Assembly (NCBI RefSeq): GCF_964188315.1
Contig: NC_135655.1
Location: 71,424,001-71,488,000, forward strand
Source: Podarcis muralis
Taxonomy: Eukaryota
Direction: 5' to 3'
Length of the DNA: 64,000 nucleotides
In this document: one piece after another, positions 34,401 through 46,400 of the stretch
How the letters are laid out: the number at the start of each line of letters is the position of its first letter
Position numbering within the stretch: the first letter of the stretch is position 1
Translations under genes and position numbers: made by a program
The notes under the pieces: generated by a model
Seen by the model: only the letters and a program-made list of their open reading frames with translations
The model's database searches: none
What the model was told of the DNA's origin: nothing

Positions 34401-37400
34401 AACCAGTAGTTCATATTTAGTACAAAGCTGTCCTGGTATATTAGCTCGAGAGGCTGCTTTTTGTCAATATGAGACAAAACAACAACAGATTAACTTTATC
34501 TTCTGCTGTTGCTGTTTCTCATGTGTGCTCTTCCAAGGTTTGAAAGTTCCAACACCTGATTTGTTTTTCCCTTGGAACTGCTCAGGGACTAAATTGTTGT
34601 AGTAGTAGGATCAGTGATAATTGGACCCACAGTTTGGTTAAGCTAACATGCTTGGATTTCATAGATTGATTTCAACTGTAGTGCAGTCTGGTTCATGTAG
34701 GTTACTTCTGCAGCTCAACCTCCCAAATTTGTTATGCCAGCACAGCCTTTTGGGAAAATGGTATCAGTTCTCCATTTGTAAAAAGGGAGTATGCAGTGTT
34801 GTTGTGAAAATGAATAGGAGGGCGGTACTATAAAAATGATATGAAGATAGTACAGAATATGATGGCAGATGTCAAGATGCCACTACCAGACACTTTGCAT
34901 ATGGTCTTATATATTCATCTCTTGCATTATTAACCAGAAATGTGTAAACTTGTGTTCATAGTTAGTACCAGTCCTGAACTGTGTTTATACTGCTCACTAA
35001 TGCTAACACCTCAGTTTCGGCCCACTTCCGATATTGCAGCTTGAATTCACGAGAGTGCGACTATAAGTCACTCCTGTCATACTAAAAGGTGTTCTATTTT
35101 AGCTTCTTTTAAGTTGACAAGGCATGCATCTGGGATTCCTCATATTTCTGACGTGATTGCTTTTGCCATAGGAGCAATCCTGGATAAAGAGTGTTACATG
35201 CTTAGAAAAAATACTTTGCTGTTTTATTTCAGATAAGATGGAAAGCTGTTTTCTTACAACAGTGTCTTTTGCTCCTGACCTATCTTGCTATTGCGCTGGA
35301 AGCAGTGCCTATAGACATAGACAAGACAAAGGTAAAAGCGGAAGAACAAGTCGAGAATGCAAAAATAGATAATCCGGTAAGTGAAATAAATGCTTTGTAA
35401 TGGCATCAATATCATAAGTATATATTACCATTACCGCTGAACTGATGGAATATTATTTCTGAATTTAAAGTATTAATACTGTTCAGGGCCATCTGTGGCA
35501 CTCAGGGTCTGAATTTAGGTCTTCTTCTTTTTGTTAGCTTTGTGAAAATATTGTAGAGATAAAAAAGAAGAAAATTAGAGTGAGGAAATGAACTAACCGG
35601 ACCATTTTGACTCTCAGAGAAAGCAGTTTGACTTCAAACCACTTTATCCAGTGTTTTGAATAGGAAATTTCTCAGCAGAGAAAAGAAATCCTCCATTTTA
35701 AAAAAGAGATAAACCATATGATACTTGAAAAGGACTTAATATTTCTGTACCGGAACACCAGACACCAAATATTATTTGGGCTCAAGCTGGCTAATTTTAA
35801 CTTAAAGAAACCATGGGGATCCAGTCACTGACCTCCCCATATCTCATTTAGTTTGAGACCTAAAATTGACTGGGTTCTTAAAGCTAGAAGAAAAACAGAG
35901 GAAGGAAAGCTATAGAGAATATCACATATATCTTATTTATTCCCTTATAACCTCTTTCTCTTCTGTACTACTGAGTTTTCTTTATAAACGACATCTCTAA
36001 AGAGCTCAGTTAAATCCACAGAAGTTGCAGTTCCCCAAAGAATGTGTATTTATAGCTGCTTCATGTGATTTTTTTTTTTTATCTTCACCGCTAGATAAAA
36101 CATTATGGACACTGATAGTTAGGTCTTAGAATCACAGCTGGGCTAAAGATCTCACCTAATTTAGTCTGAAACATCTCTATAGAAAGAGAAATGCTTTTCT
36201 TCCTTGGCCCTCTTTTACTAAACTGATATTCATTTTCCTGAAGGATACTGGGCTTTATTACGATGTGTACCTCAGGCAAGTGATAGATGTCCTGGAGACA
36301 GACAAACATTTCAGAGAAAAGCTCCAGACAGCCGACATAGAGGCAATAAAGGTATGTAGTTTTAACTGTGTAAGCATGCAGCTTGCTTAGAAAAATAAGA
36401 GAGAAGTAGAGCACAGTGGTACCTCGGTTTTCAAACACCTCTGTAGTCGAACGTTCAGGAACTCGAATGCAGAAAACCTGGAAGTAAGTGCCTCGGTTTT
36501 CGAACGTGCCTCGGAAGTCGAACAGGAAACACACCTTCTGTTTTGAGTTTTCTGTATTGAGGCTTGCGTTTTGAGGCTTCTGCTTTCGGTTTTTGAACAT
36601 TTCGGAACTCGAACGGACTTCTGGAACGGATTATGTTCGAAAACCGAGGTACCACTGTACTCTGGTTTGTTGTTTATAAGGAGGCTAGACACATTCATGG
36701 AGAATAGCTACTGGATCCAGTGTTAGGGAGTATGCTTCTGAGAATTAGCTGCTGGGAATCACAAGCAGGGAGAGTGCTGTTGTGCTCAAGCCCTGCCTGT
36801 GGGCTTCTCATAGGCATCTCCCCAGCCACTGTGAGAACAGGATGTTGGGCTAGATAGTCCTTTGGTCTGCTCCAGCTGAGCTCCTCTTATATTCTGATAA
36901 GAGCCAGTACACCATACAGGTGACATGGAGTTTGTTCTCAAAGCCAGCAGACCTGATGGGATACCTGCTGGTCTTCAAAGTGGGTGGAATTGAAGTTAGA
37001 CAACAACTTCACAAGCTCATCAAAAAGGTCTGGGGGAGAGAAGAGATTCCAGCACAGACTTTGGGATGCCTAAATTATCAGTCTCTAAAAAAAGGCGATA
37101 AAACGGATTGTGGAAACCATCGAGGCATCTTTTTATTAGCTGTGGACATCAAAATTCTTGCAAGGATCTTAGCAAACCGTCTCCTAACAATATCTGAGGC
37201 TACCCTTCCTGAATCCCAAAATGGTTTTCGACCTTCTAGGGGGACAGTGGACATGATTTTCACAGCTCGACAGCTTCAAGAAAAATGCAGAGAGCAAAAC
37301 CAACCCCTGTATATGGTGTTTATTGACCTGACTAAGGCCTTTGACACTGTAAATCATAATGCTCTGTCGACTGTCCTTCTGAAAATTGGCTGCCCAGATA

Positions 37401-40400
37401 AATTTGTGAACATCCTTCAGCTCCTTCATGATAATATGACAGCAACAATTGCAGATAGCAATGGTTCTCAAAGTGAACCATTCACAGTGGGATCAGATAT
37501 TAAACAGGGCTGTGTTATCTAGCTGCTCCTAGAATGTGTGGGAGCACCAGTGTGTGGGGGTTTCTGTGTAGGACTTCCTCCTTTCTTTAGATAAGGGAAG
37601 TACTGATTATCTATCTCAGCTTCATGCATTGTGTTCTGCCACCCCTAAGTGAAAAAGGAAGGCCTTCTAAGCATAAGACCTCTCTGTCAGCGACATAGTG
37701 CTCACACATCTTTGGACTAAAAGTTGGATTGGATCCTTAGCTGGCTTACTGTACTCATTTATTTATTATATGTGGAACCTGTGGATGTTAGACTTTGGGT
37801 TCTGTTTTCATGATAAAAGGAGGTAATATGTCCTTCCAGTTGCAACATGTCAGTTGTGAAACGCTTCATCGTCTTCTTTCTGTTGAGAACCTAGTAGAAC
37901 ATAGTTGCCTTCTAAAAAAAATTAACTGACTACCTTTATCAATTGCTTGCTTTATTGACAGAGTGGAAAGTTAAGCAAAGAACTAGATTTAGTTAGCCAT
38001 CATGTGAGAACAAGGCTGGATGAACTGAAAAGACAAGAGGTTGCAAGATTAAGGATGTTAATTAAAGCCAAGATTGATTCATTTCAAGGTAAGAACACAA
38101 AGCAAAAATGTTTCATTTGCCTCTGTTGTTTACAACAGTAGCAGAGATTAATATAAAATAGAATGGCGTAAGAGCTTTGGTGTTTCCTTTCATCTCATTA
38201 CACAGTCCTTTCCTGTTTGGAAATCTAGGAGAACAAGACAGACCAGTTCTGAGGAAACAACAGACACACATTTGGGAAAATGGTTTAAGAAAAGACAACT
38301 ATACGAGTTCCATTTTGATATTGTCAAATACTTTTGTAGCTTCTTCATTAATTTCTCTTGAGCTTTGCAAGTTTTACTTCACTGGACTAGCAACATACTT
38401 CACTGGAATATAAACACTAAACTATTGATGAACTGCAAAGTACTATCTGATTGGGCCACCTGTTTAGAAAGCTTTTTTGAAAACAAGGTTATGAGAATAC
38501 AGAGCAAAAATAAAATGAGTTAATACTACCCCTGTAATACTGATTTTATGAAAATGCAGTAGCATCTTGTTCCTAATTTTTGTGTGGAAGTTAAACACTT
38601 AACATCGTTTCCCCAAAATGCTTAAATTGCGGATTGCATTGCAATGAATTCATTGAAACAATGTTAATTAATCCATGGACTAGCAGGTATTTCTAATATG
38701 CGTAGCAGAAATGTGAGAATTATCTTTTAAGCTGAATGTTGTTTTATGGTTTATGGGCCTAATCCAGCTCAACTGGGCCCAGGATATTGGATGTTTTGGG
38801 CAAACCACGCCATCCTTTGCTGGGCCTGACTTCATATATGATGTAGGCAGGGCTTTTGTCAAGTCAGAAGCGGCCGGAACTCAGTTCTGGTATCTCTCAG
38901 GTGGGCACCATTGCCATTGTAAGAGAACGAGGGAGGCATTCATGGTGAGTTCCAGCACCTCTTTTTCTAGAAAAATAGTACTTGATGTAGGGTACAGGGA
39001 AGTTCCTACTGCAGCTTTAAACTTCAAGCTGTGGCTAAAAGGGAAGGATGCGGGTGGTGCCGTGGGTTAAACCACAGAGCCTAGGGCTTGCCAGTCAGAA
39101 GGTCGGCAGTTCAAATCCCCACGACGGGGTGAGCTCCCGTTGCTCGGTCCCTGCTCCTGCCAATCTGGCAGTTTGAAAGCACGTCAAAGTGCAAGTAGAT
39201 AAATAGGTACTGCTCCGGCGGGAAGGTAAACGGCGTTTCCGTGCGCTGTTTTGGTTGCCAGAAGTCATGCTGTCATGCTGGCCACATGACCCGGAAGCTG
39301 TACGCCGGCTCCCTCGGCCAATAAAGCGAGATGAGTGCCGCAACCCCAGAGTCGGTCACGACTGGACCTAATGGTCAGGGGTCCCTTTACCTTTACATGG
39401 CTAAAAAAAAGAAGAATCGGAATTGCTTTCTTAAGTGCACTTCTGATTCTTCCTTAGCCTCAAAGAGTTAACCCTTGTTGAACTGGCACCTTTTTTTGCT
39501 ACCCTGCACTTTCTTTTGGATGCAGAGGAAGAATCAGGACTCTTTCTTTTGAAATTAAGTCGCCTGACAACATTTGATTGACTGGTAGATGGCGCTGCCT
39601 ACCTGTCAAAGTGACCCACAAAGGGAGGAGAGCTTAGCATCTGGTCCACTGGCCGTATCCTGTGTCGCAGTAAAACTTGATTAGAAAAACCACACCTTTT
39701 ATTGGCAATATCTTGAAAAAATGTCTAAAGAAAATATAGATTTCAGAAAACCAGCTGATATTATGTCCATTATGATAAAATACATATTCTTCAAACTACC
39801 ATGTATAGTTATCATAATCCAGCTACAATACTTTTCAAAACAGTGACACTTAATGAACACACACACACAATTCGTGCAAAATCATTTTTCTGTTGCCGCT
39901 GTCCTTGTTTTCAGGTGTAGTATGTAGAAATAGGGAGGAGAAAATGTTTTGCAATGTGAAATATGGATATATTGGATGACTGGACTGTTCTCTACAGCAT
40001 TTGAAATGCTTACATTTCAATCAGCAGTAAATGGTGCTTCAGGGGAATAGAGTGTAAGGCCAGGCTTTATGAAGATAGATTATCTAGTTCATGAAACAGT
40101 TTTCATTCTTCTCTAAAGCAGTTAGGGCCAGTTCCTGCTTTCACTGTGTTCATGGCAGAAAGATAATCTGAATTGTTGCACACCAGAGCAAATCACAATT
40201 CTGCTCAGCAAGCATTAGGAAGGTTTGGGATGGGGGGGAAGGGAGAGTTTAAAAGAAGTGCTTCTGCTCTTAAACTCCACACACAGCTGGACTCACCTTG
40301 CTGGGTCTTGTTTAATGAAATATTGCTTCTTCTTTAAAAAAGAAAAGTTCACTGTTTAAGCAGACTTTCAAACAGCAAAATTATTTGGATAGTGAGAGGA

Positions 40401-43400
40401 ATATTAATAATAATTTTACTGGTTAGCAGTTGCTGCAGTTAGTGATATTTAAAACTTTCCTTGCTGAGGATTGTAGAGCTGGAAGGGACCACGAGGGTCA
40501 TCTAGTACAACTCCTTCAATACAAGAATCTTTTGCCAAACATAGGGCTTGAACCCACAACCCTGAGATTAAGAGTCTGTTGCTCTACTGACTGAGCTATC
40601 CAACATGCCAATACAGAGGGGGAAACATGCAAACACCTCTGTAGATGTATACACAGGGGGAGGGGGCATCCAGTTGTGTCCATTCTTCAGTAGAATAGAC
40701 TTCTGCACACATGGTGGGACTTCCCATTCCTCTCCACCACCACCCCGCTTCCCCTGTCCCCTAAATAACCCAAAATCTGCAGCAGGGGCAGCAGGGATAG
40801 AAAAGGAAGGGAAAGTCTTGCTGGGCAACTGGAAATCCACTACCTGGGACATTATCCCACCTTTATACATATGTGCATAAGATGCGTATGTGCATACGAT
40901 GATCAACATGAGGGTTCTATTCAAAGAAAGATAGAAGTCTTTATTTGTAAGAATTGTGTCACATTTCAGAAAGCCATTGGATCTCCCTCCTGCCCACCAA
41001 TAATTTCACACCCAAGCTGTGCTCCCTCCAACCTTGCCAAATTCAAACTGAATTAATTTAGAATCTAAAGCCTTCAAGGCTGGTGCAGACATAATATTAC
41101 TCTGTCTTTTACCCACATGCTTCCCCTGCAGCCTTCCTCATTTGTGTGAATTCCCCCTCTCCTCTCTCTTACACTGCAGAGCAGGGCCTCATCTTAACTA
41201 GGGTTTGAAGAGGGTTTAACAAAAAAGCCTAGTCCATTTAGCAGGAAGTAGCCAGAACATAATATAGTTAAGGGAGAAAGGAAGATGCTAGTGAAGGCAG
41301 TACAGATTATCACAGCCTGCTTCTGGATTTCCTAACTCTGTTTATTGGGGAACAGTATATCTGCACCTGACCCATAGTTGCATTATACTGGCCTTCACTT
41401 CTTCAGAATACTAGCCATTGTTAGGCGGCTCAAGGAGGCTAACACTTTTTTCTTTTCCAAATGACACTCCCCATTCCATGGCTTTTGTAAACTGCTGAGC
41501 ATGCTCAGTCCTCACTGATTCCCCCCCCCCCCCCGGATTTCCCCCCTTTTTATTTTAAGTTAAATACCTCTTAATTTTACTTCAGAAATTCTATACTTTT
41601 GTGTCCCTGGAGTATGTGGAAATTGCCACCTTATTTGTAGGTTAGTTGAGTGACAATCTGCATAGCTGCCAAACTAACACCTAAGTAACTAACATTTGCT
41701 ATTAGAGGAAATGATGGATATTGGAACTGGTTTACGTGCAGAATAGTTGTAGTCTATGTCTGCTATAGCATGCATTTTAGTTTCTGCCTATTAAAATTAT
41801 AGTGTAATCTCTCAACAGTTTGACAGTTGTGTCCTTTTGAGTGTCAATTTTACTTTGGCTAAAGCTCATCGTTGAGTTGCTCTTGAGGGCTGCAGCATAT
41901 AAATGTGTTTTTAAAATATGTTTCTTCCCTCATGCAGTGCCAGGAAACTTAACCTGTTGTCCAATATATATTGATATATGTAGTTAAACCATTTCTGTCT
42001 TTGTATGGGTTGTTTTTAGATTCTGGCATAGACCATCAGTTCCTTCTCAAACAATTTGAGCATCTGAACCACGACAACCCTCACACTTTTGAAGCTAAAG
42101 ATTTAGACATGCTAATCAAAGCTGTAAGTGTTGAGCAAATATTTTCCAGATGCTTGCTTGCTGCTACTGCTGTATTTTTCTTTAGTGGAATCCACTTTTT
42201 CTCCCTCCCCCTGCCTCCATTTTGAATAACTTTCATAGTTACCTCAAGAGTCATAGTCTGAGAATCCCATTTGGCTCCGTAATGTAATATTGTGCCACAG
42301 GAGACATTTATGTGCATTTGAAAACAGTCTGCTCATTTTTCTCATAGTGCCTCATGTGTCTTGCATCCCCAAGCCAACATAAGCAATCTTTGAAGGTTTT
42401 TACAGAGCCTTTAAATTGAGCGCTCTTTTGACCTTTGCCAGCTAATACTGGCAAATTTTCTTCTCTGATTCCTTTAGCAATTTTATGTAAGTGTATTTGT
42501 ATATGTATATGTACAAATGATATGTACAAAAGATTTTAACTAGTTTTGCGTTGATTAATCACCTGTCTTTTAACTAGTTAACTGCTTTAGGTTTAGACTG
42601 ATTTGCATTTTGCCAAAACCTAAAGATAGCTTCTTTTGAAGTAGCAAAAAATAAATGAAACTTACAAATAAATAAACAAAAGCTTCAACACCATCTTCGA
42701 AAAGGGCATTTTTCATTCTCTCTTTTTTCCACATTAAACTTGATAGAATCAAAATAGTCTCAAAATATAAGCAGGTGTTTCCTAACGTGATCAAAATTGG
42801 TCTCTGTAGATCAAAAGCAGGGATGGAGAACCTGTGACACTCCAGATGTTATTGGACTACTGCTCCAATGAGTAACAGTTGGAGAGACCACCGGGTCCCC
42901 ATCCCTGAGCTAATGAATCAGCCAATAAAAGCTGCTTGCTTTGTTTTTGAAATTGAAAAGTATGTTTAGATTTGCAATCCATCCTCTCCTGAAGGCTTGG
43001 GGAGGGTAACAGTATTGCAGACACAAAAACACCAAATAGGCCCTTTTGCTTAACTAAATACCGTATTTTTTGCACCATAACACTCACTTTTTTCCTCCTA
43101 GAAAGTAAGGGGAAATGTCTGTGCATGTTATGGAGGAAATGCCTACGGGTGGCATGCCTACAGATTTTCCTCCTCTAAAAACTATGTGCGTGTTATGGTC
43201 GGGTGCGTGTTATAGAGCGAAAAATACGGTAATTGGGAAGGACAACTGTCAGAGGAGGGAAAGCCTTACAGATACAGTGGTACCTCAGGTTACGAACTTA
43301 ATTATTTCCGGAGATCCGTTATTAACCCGAAACCGTTCTTAACCTGAGGAGCGCTTTCGCTAATGGGGTCTCCTGCTGCCACTGCACCGCCAGTGCGCGA

Positions 43401-46400
43401 TTTCCATTCTCATCCTGAGGCAAAGTTCTCAACCCGAGGAAATACTTCCGGGTTAACGGAGTTTGTAACCCGAAGTGTTTGTAACCCAAAGCATTTGTAA
43501 CCCGAGGTACCACTGTAAATACTTATTAATGTTATAATACTTTAGAGTGTTCAAAGTGTGGCAAATAAGTCATCTTGATAATTGCTAGCAACAACCCTTT
43601 AAAAATAACTAGCACCACATTATTATTATGAAGTTGCAGATGGCAAGGCTGAGACTTGAGTATAGTGAATCCTTAGCTCCCCCTAGTGAGTTCATAGCTG
43701 AGTGAGATTTCCTCCCGGAGACTTTGTGACTCATTGTTAGCACACTTTCCTTACGCAAATAGAGAATTGAGGAAATGGGACTGAGTTTGCTCTTGAAGAA
43801 TGACTGCGAGAACCACTGTAGAAAAATGGACAGAAGCATAATCAGAATGGCACTACTGGCATAGTCAGCTGCATTTTCAGGTTATGCTAAACCATAGTTT
43901 AGTTGTACAACATTAACAAGTAGGAATGAGCCTAAGCAAGCTTTGGGCTTACCAGCTCCCTCCTCCTGTTGTTGATTGGTTGGGAGGAGAAATAATGGAC
44001 CAGTAGCGATCCCTCCAATGTTAATGACTTGCAGGATGGGTGGGTTAAGATGATGGACAGTTACAGGAGCCACTGGTGGGGATGGTTCTGCTGTGGTGGA
44101 GGCCCCAGCTATGCCCGGATGGACAATAAGCCACAGTAAGATCTGAGAGCATTCTGGGATGGAATCCTTGAGAGGTCCAACTTTTTGATTCCTCAGCTTT
44201 ATTCAGTCTGGAGCTGGTATGGTGAAATTAAATGCATATATATAAATACCTTGCACCTTGCCCAGCCTTCTTCCAACTTGGTCCCCAGCAGATGTTCTGA
44301 ACTACAACTCCCAACACACCTGATACTTGGCCATGCTAGCTGGGGCTGATGGCAATTGTATATTGAATTGCTTTGTACTGTACACTTAAGGTAATTCTGA
44401 TACAGCAGAGGCAGTCAGTAAAGGTATGCTTCTCATTAAGTGACACATTTCACAGTTCTTAAGCAGTTTACCTGAGAGTGTGTGTTGTTTTTCAAGCAGT
44501 GCAAAAATTCATTCAAATAAAGGGTTTTAACCTCCGGTCAGGGGCGAACGAAGGCTAACCTACGCCCAGGCCGGGGCAAACTGCTGGCTGCGCACGCGTT
44601 GCGCCACTACGAATGATGCATGCGTGGCATTGCTACGTACGACGCATGTGTGCCGTCGCTATGCAGGGTGCATGTGCGGCACCGCTACGTACAGCGCATA
44701 CGTGCGACACCACGCATGCGTTATACGTATTGGTTTGCCGCCGGCGCCGCCTGAGCGCCGTACAGACATTGGCGGGATCCTCTGCTTGCAGCTGCAGCGG
44801 CGGCGGAGGGATCTTCCGCTTGCGGCTGTAGTAGCGACGGAGGGATCCCGCCACCGTCTGTATGGCGCTTGAGCGGCACTGGTGGCAAACCACTATGTAC
44901 AGCGCATGTGCGGCATCGCTACATACAGCGCATGCGTGCGACATCGTGCATGCGTTGTATGTAGCGGTTTGCCGCCGGTGCCGCTCAGGGCGCCGTACAG
45001 ACAGTGGCGGGATCCTCCGCTCACAGCTGCAGCCGTGAACAGAGGATCCTTCACATGTGGCTGCGGTGGTGCGACAGCTGTTGGTGCCGCCGCGCCCGGG
45101 GGTGGCAGGGTGAGCACCCCACGGGGTGCCTTCTTGTTACCCCCCCCCAGATATGGCACCCGGGGTGCACCACACCCTGCCCCCACTTGCAACGCCACTG
45201 GCTCTGGTGTGCTATAGTACTCACCCAGTCATGATCAGCTTGTCCAGCCCTGAGCACTAGATGGCCAGGAAGCCACCAGAGACTCCCAGCTTTGTAGGGG
45301 CACACTCAAATGTCAAGGGAAAAAGACAAAACTAATAGCTTCCTCATTGATGTAGTGGTGGCAGTTCATTTCAAAAAAGAATGTGTTGGGCAGCTTAGCT
45401 CCCTGTCCTCATTTAAAGGCAGTGCCTGGTCGATGGTACTGGTGGTCAGGGTGTGATAACTTTGAAGTTTTATTTCTTTTTGGCTATATCTTTACATTTC
45501 AGGTTGGGGGCACACTAGTTGACTGTTGTACAAGGAGCCCACAAAATTGTGGAATCAGCTTTGCGACTCTGCCTCGCTTATAATTTTACCATTGCTTAAC
45601 TCCCTGGATTTTCTGTGTTACATATCTTATTGTTTGAGTTGATATGGTTTTTCAATTGTTAGTGACAGATATTAAACCACTTCATATACACTTTCCTTTC
45701 ATAAGTAAATTGGAAGGAAAGAGTGTGAAGTACCGTATTTTTCGCTCTATAAGATGCACTAGGCCACAAGTTTTTGGAGCAGGAAAACAAGAAAAAAAAT
45801 ATTCTGAATCTCAGAAGCCAGAACACTGCGCAGTGAAAGCAGCAATCCCTCTTGTTGCTCTGGCTTCTGGGATAGCTGTGCAGCCTGCATTTGCTCCATA
45901 AGATGCACACACATTTCCCCTTACTTTTTAGGAGGGAAAAGGTGAGTCTTATAGAGCAAAAAATACGGTATATCAGCTGTTCAGCATGACCTCAGTCCCA
46001 CTGCTGGGACACACACAAAGCTTGAATAAAAGGAGTATTTTGTGCTTCATATTGCAGTGGTCAAAAAACACAGTATTCTTAATTGATTTTTAATTTGTAG
46101 GCCACAAGTGACTTAGAAAACTATGACAAGACTCGTCATGAGGAGTTTAAGAAATATGAGATGATGAAAGAACATGAAAGAAGAGAATATTTAAAAACAC
46201 TGGATGAAGAAAAGAGACGACAAGAGGAAGCTAAGTATGAAGAACTGAAGAAAAAGCACAGTAATCACCCCAAAGTTAACCATCCTGTAAGCACATGGTT
46301 TGTGTCTACCATATAGTGAAGGTGTATTCAGGCGTTATGCATTAAAAGGAGAATAAATAAAAGTAGTGGGATATGCTTTATAGATGCACTTAAATTTGGT

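Noticed and set aside
35149-35156. TGACGTGA UPRE/CRE-like motif upstream of the NUCB2 signal exon
   Set aside because: A single 8-mer with no supporting promoter context; compatible with chance
41385-41415. Second hammerhead-like CTGAAGAAGTG on the minus strand
   Set aside because: No downstream stem II/GAAA core or cleavage triplet
44613-45305. Multiple overlapping ORFs on both strands
   Set aside because: Produced by the GC-rich repeat array of the hAT-like element
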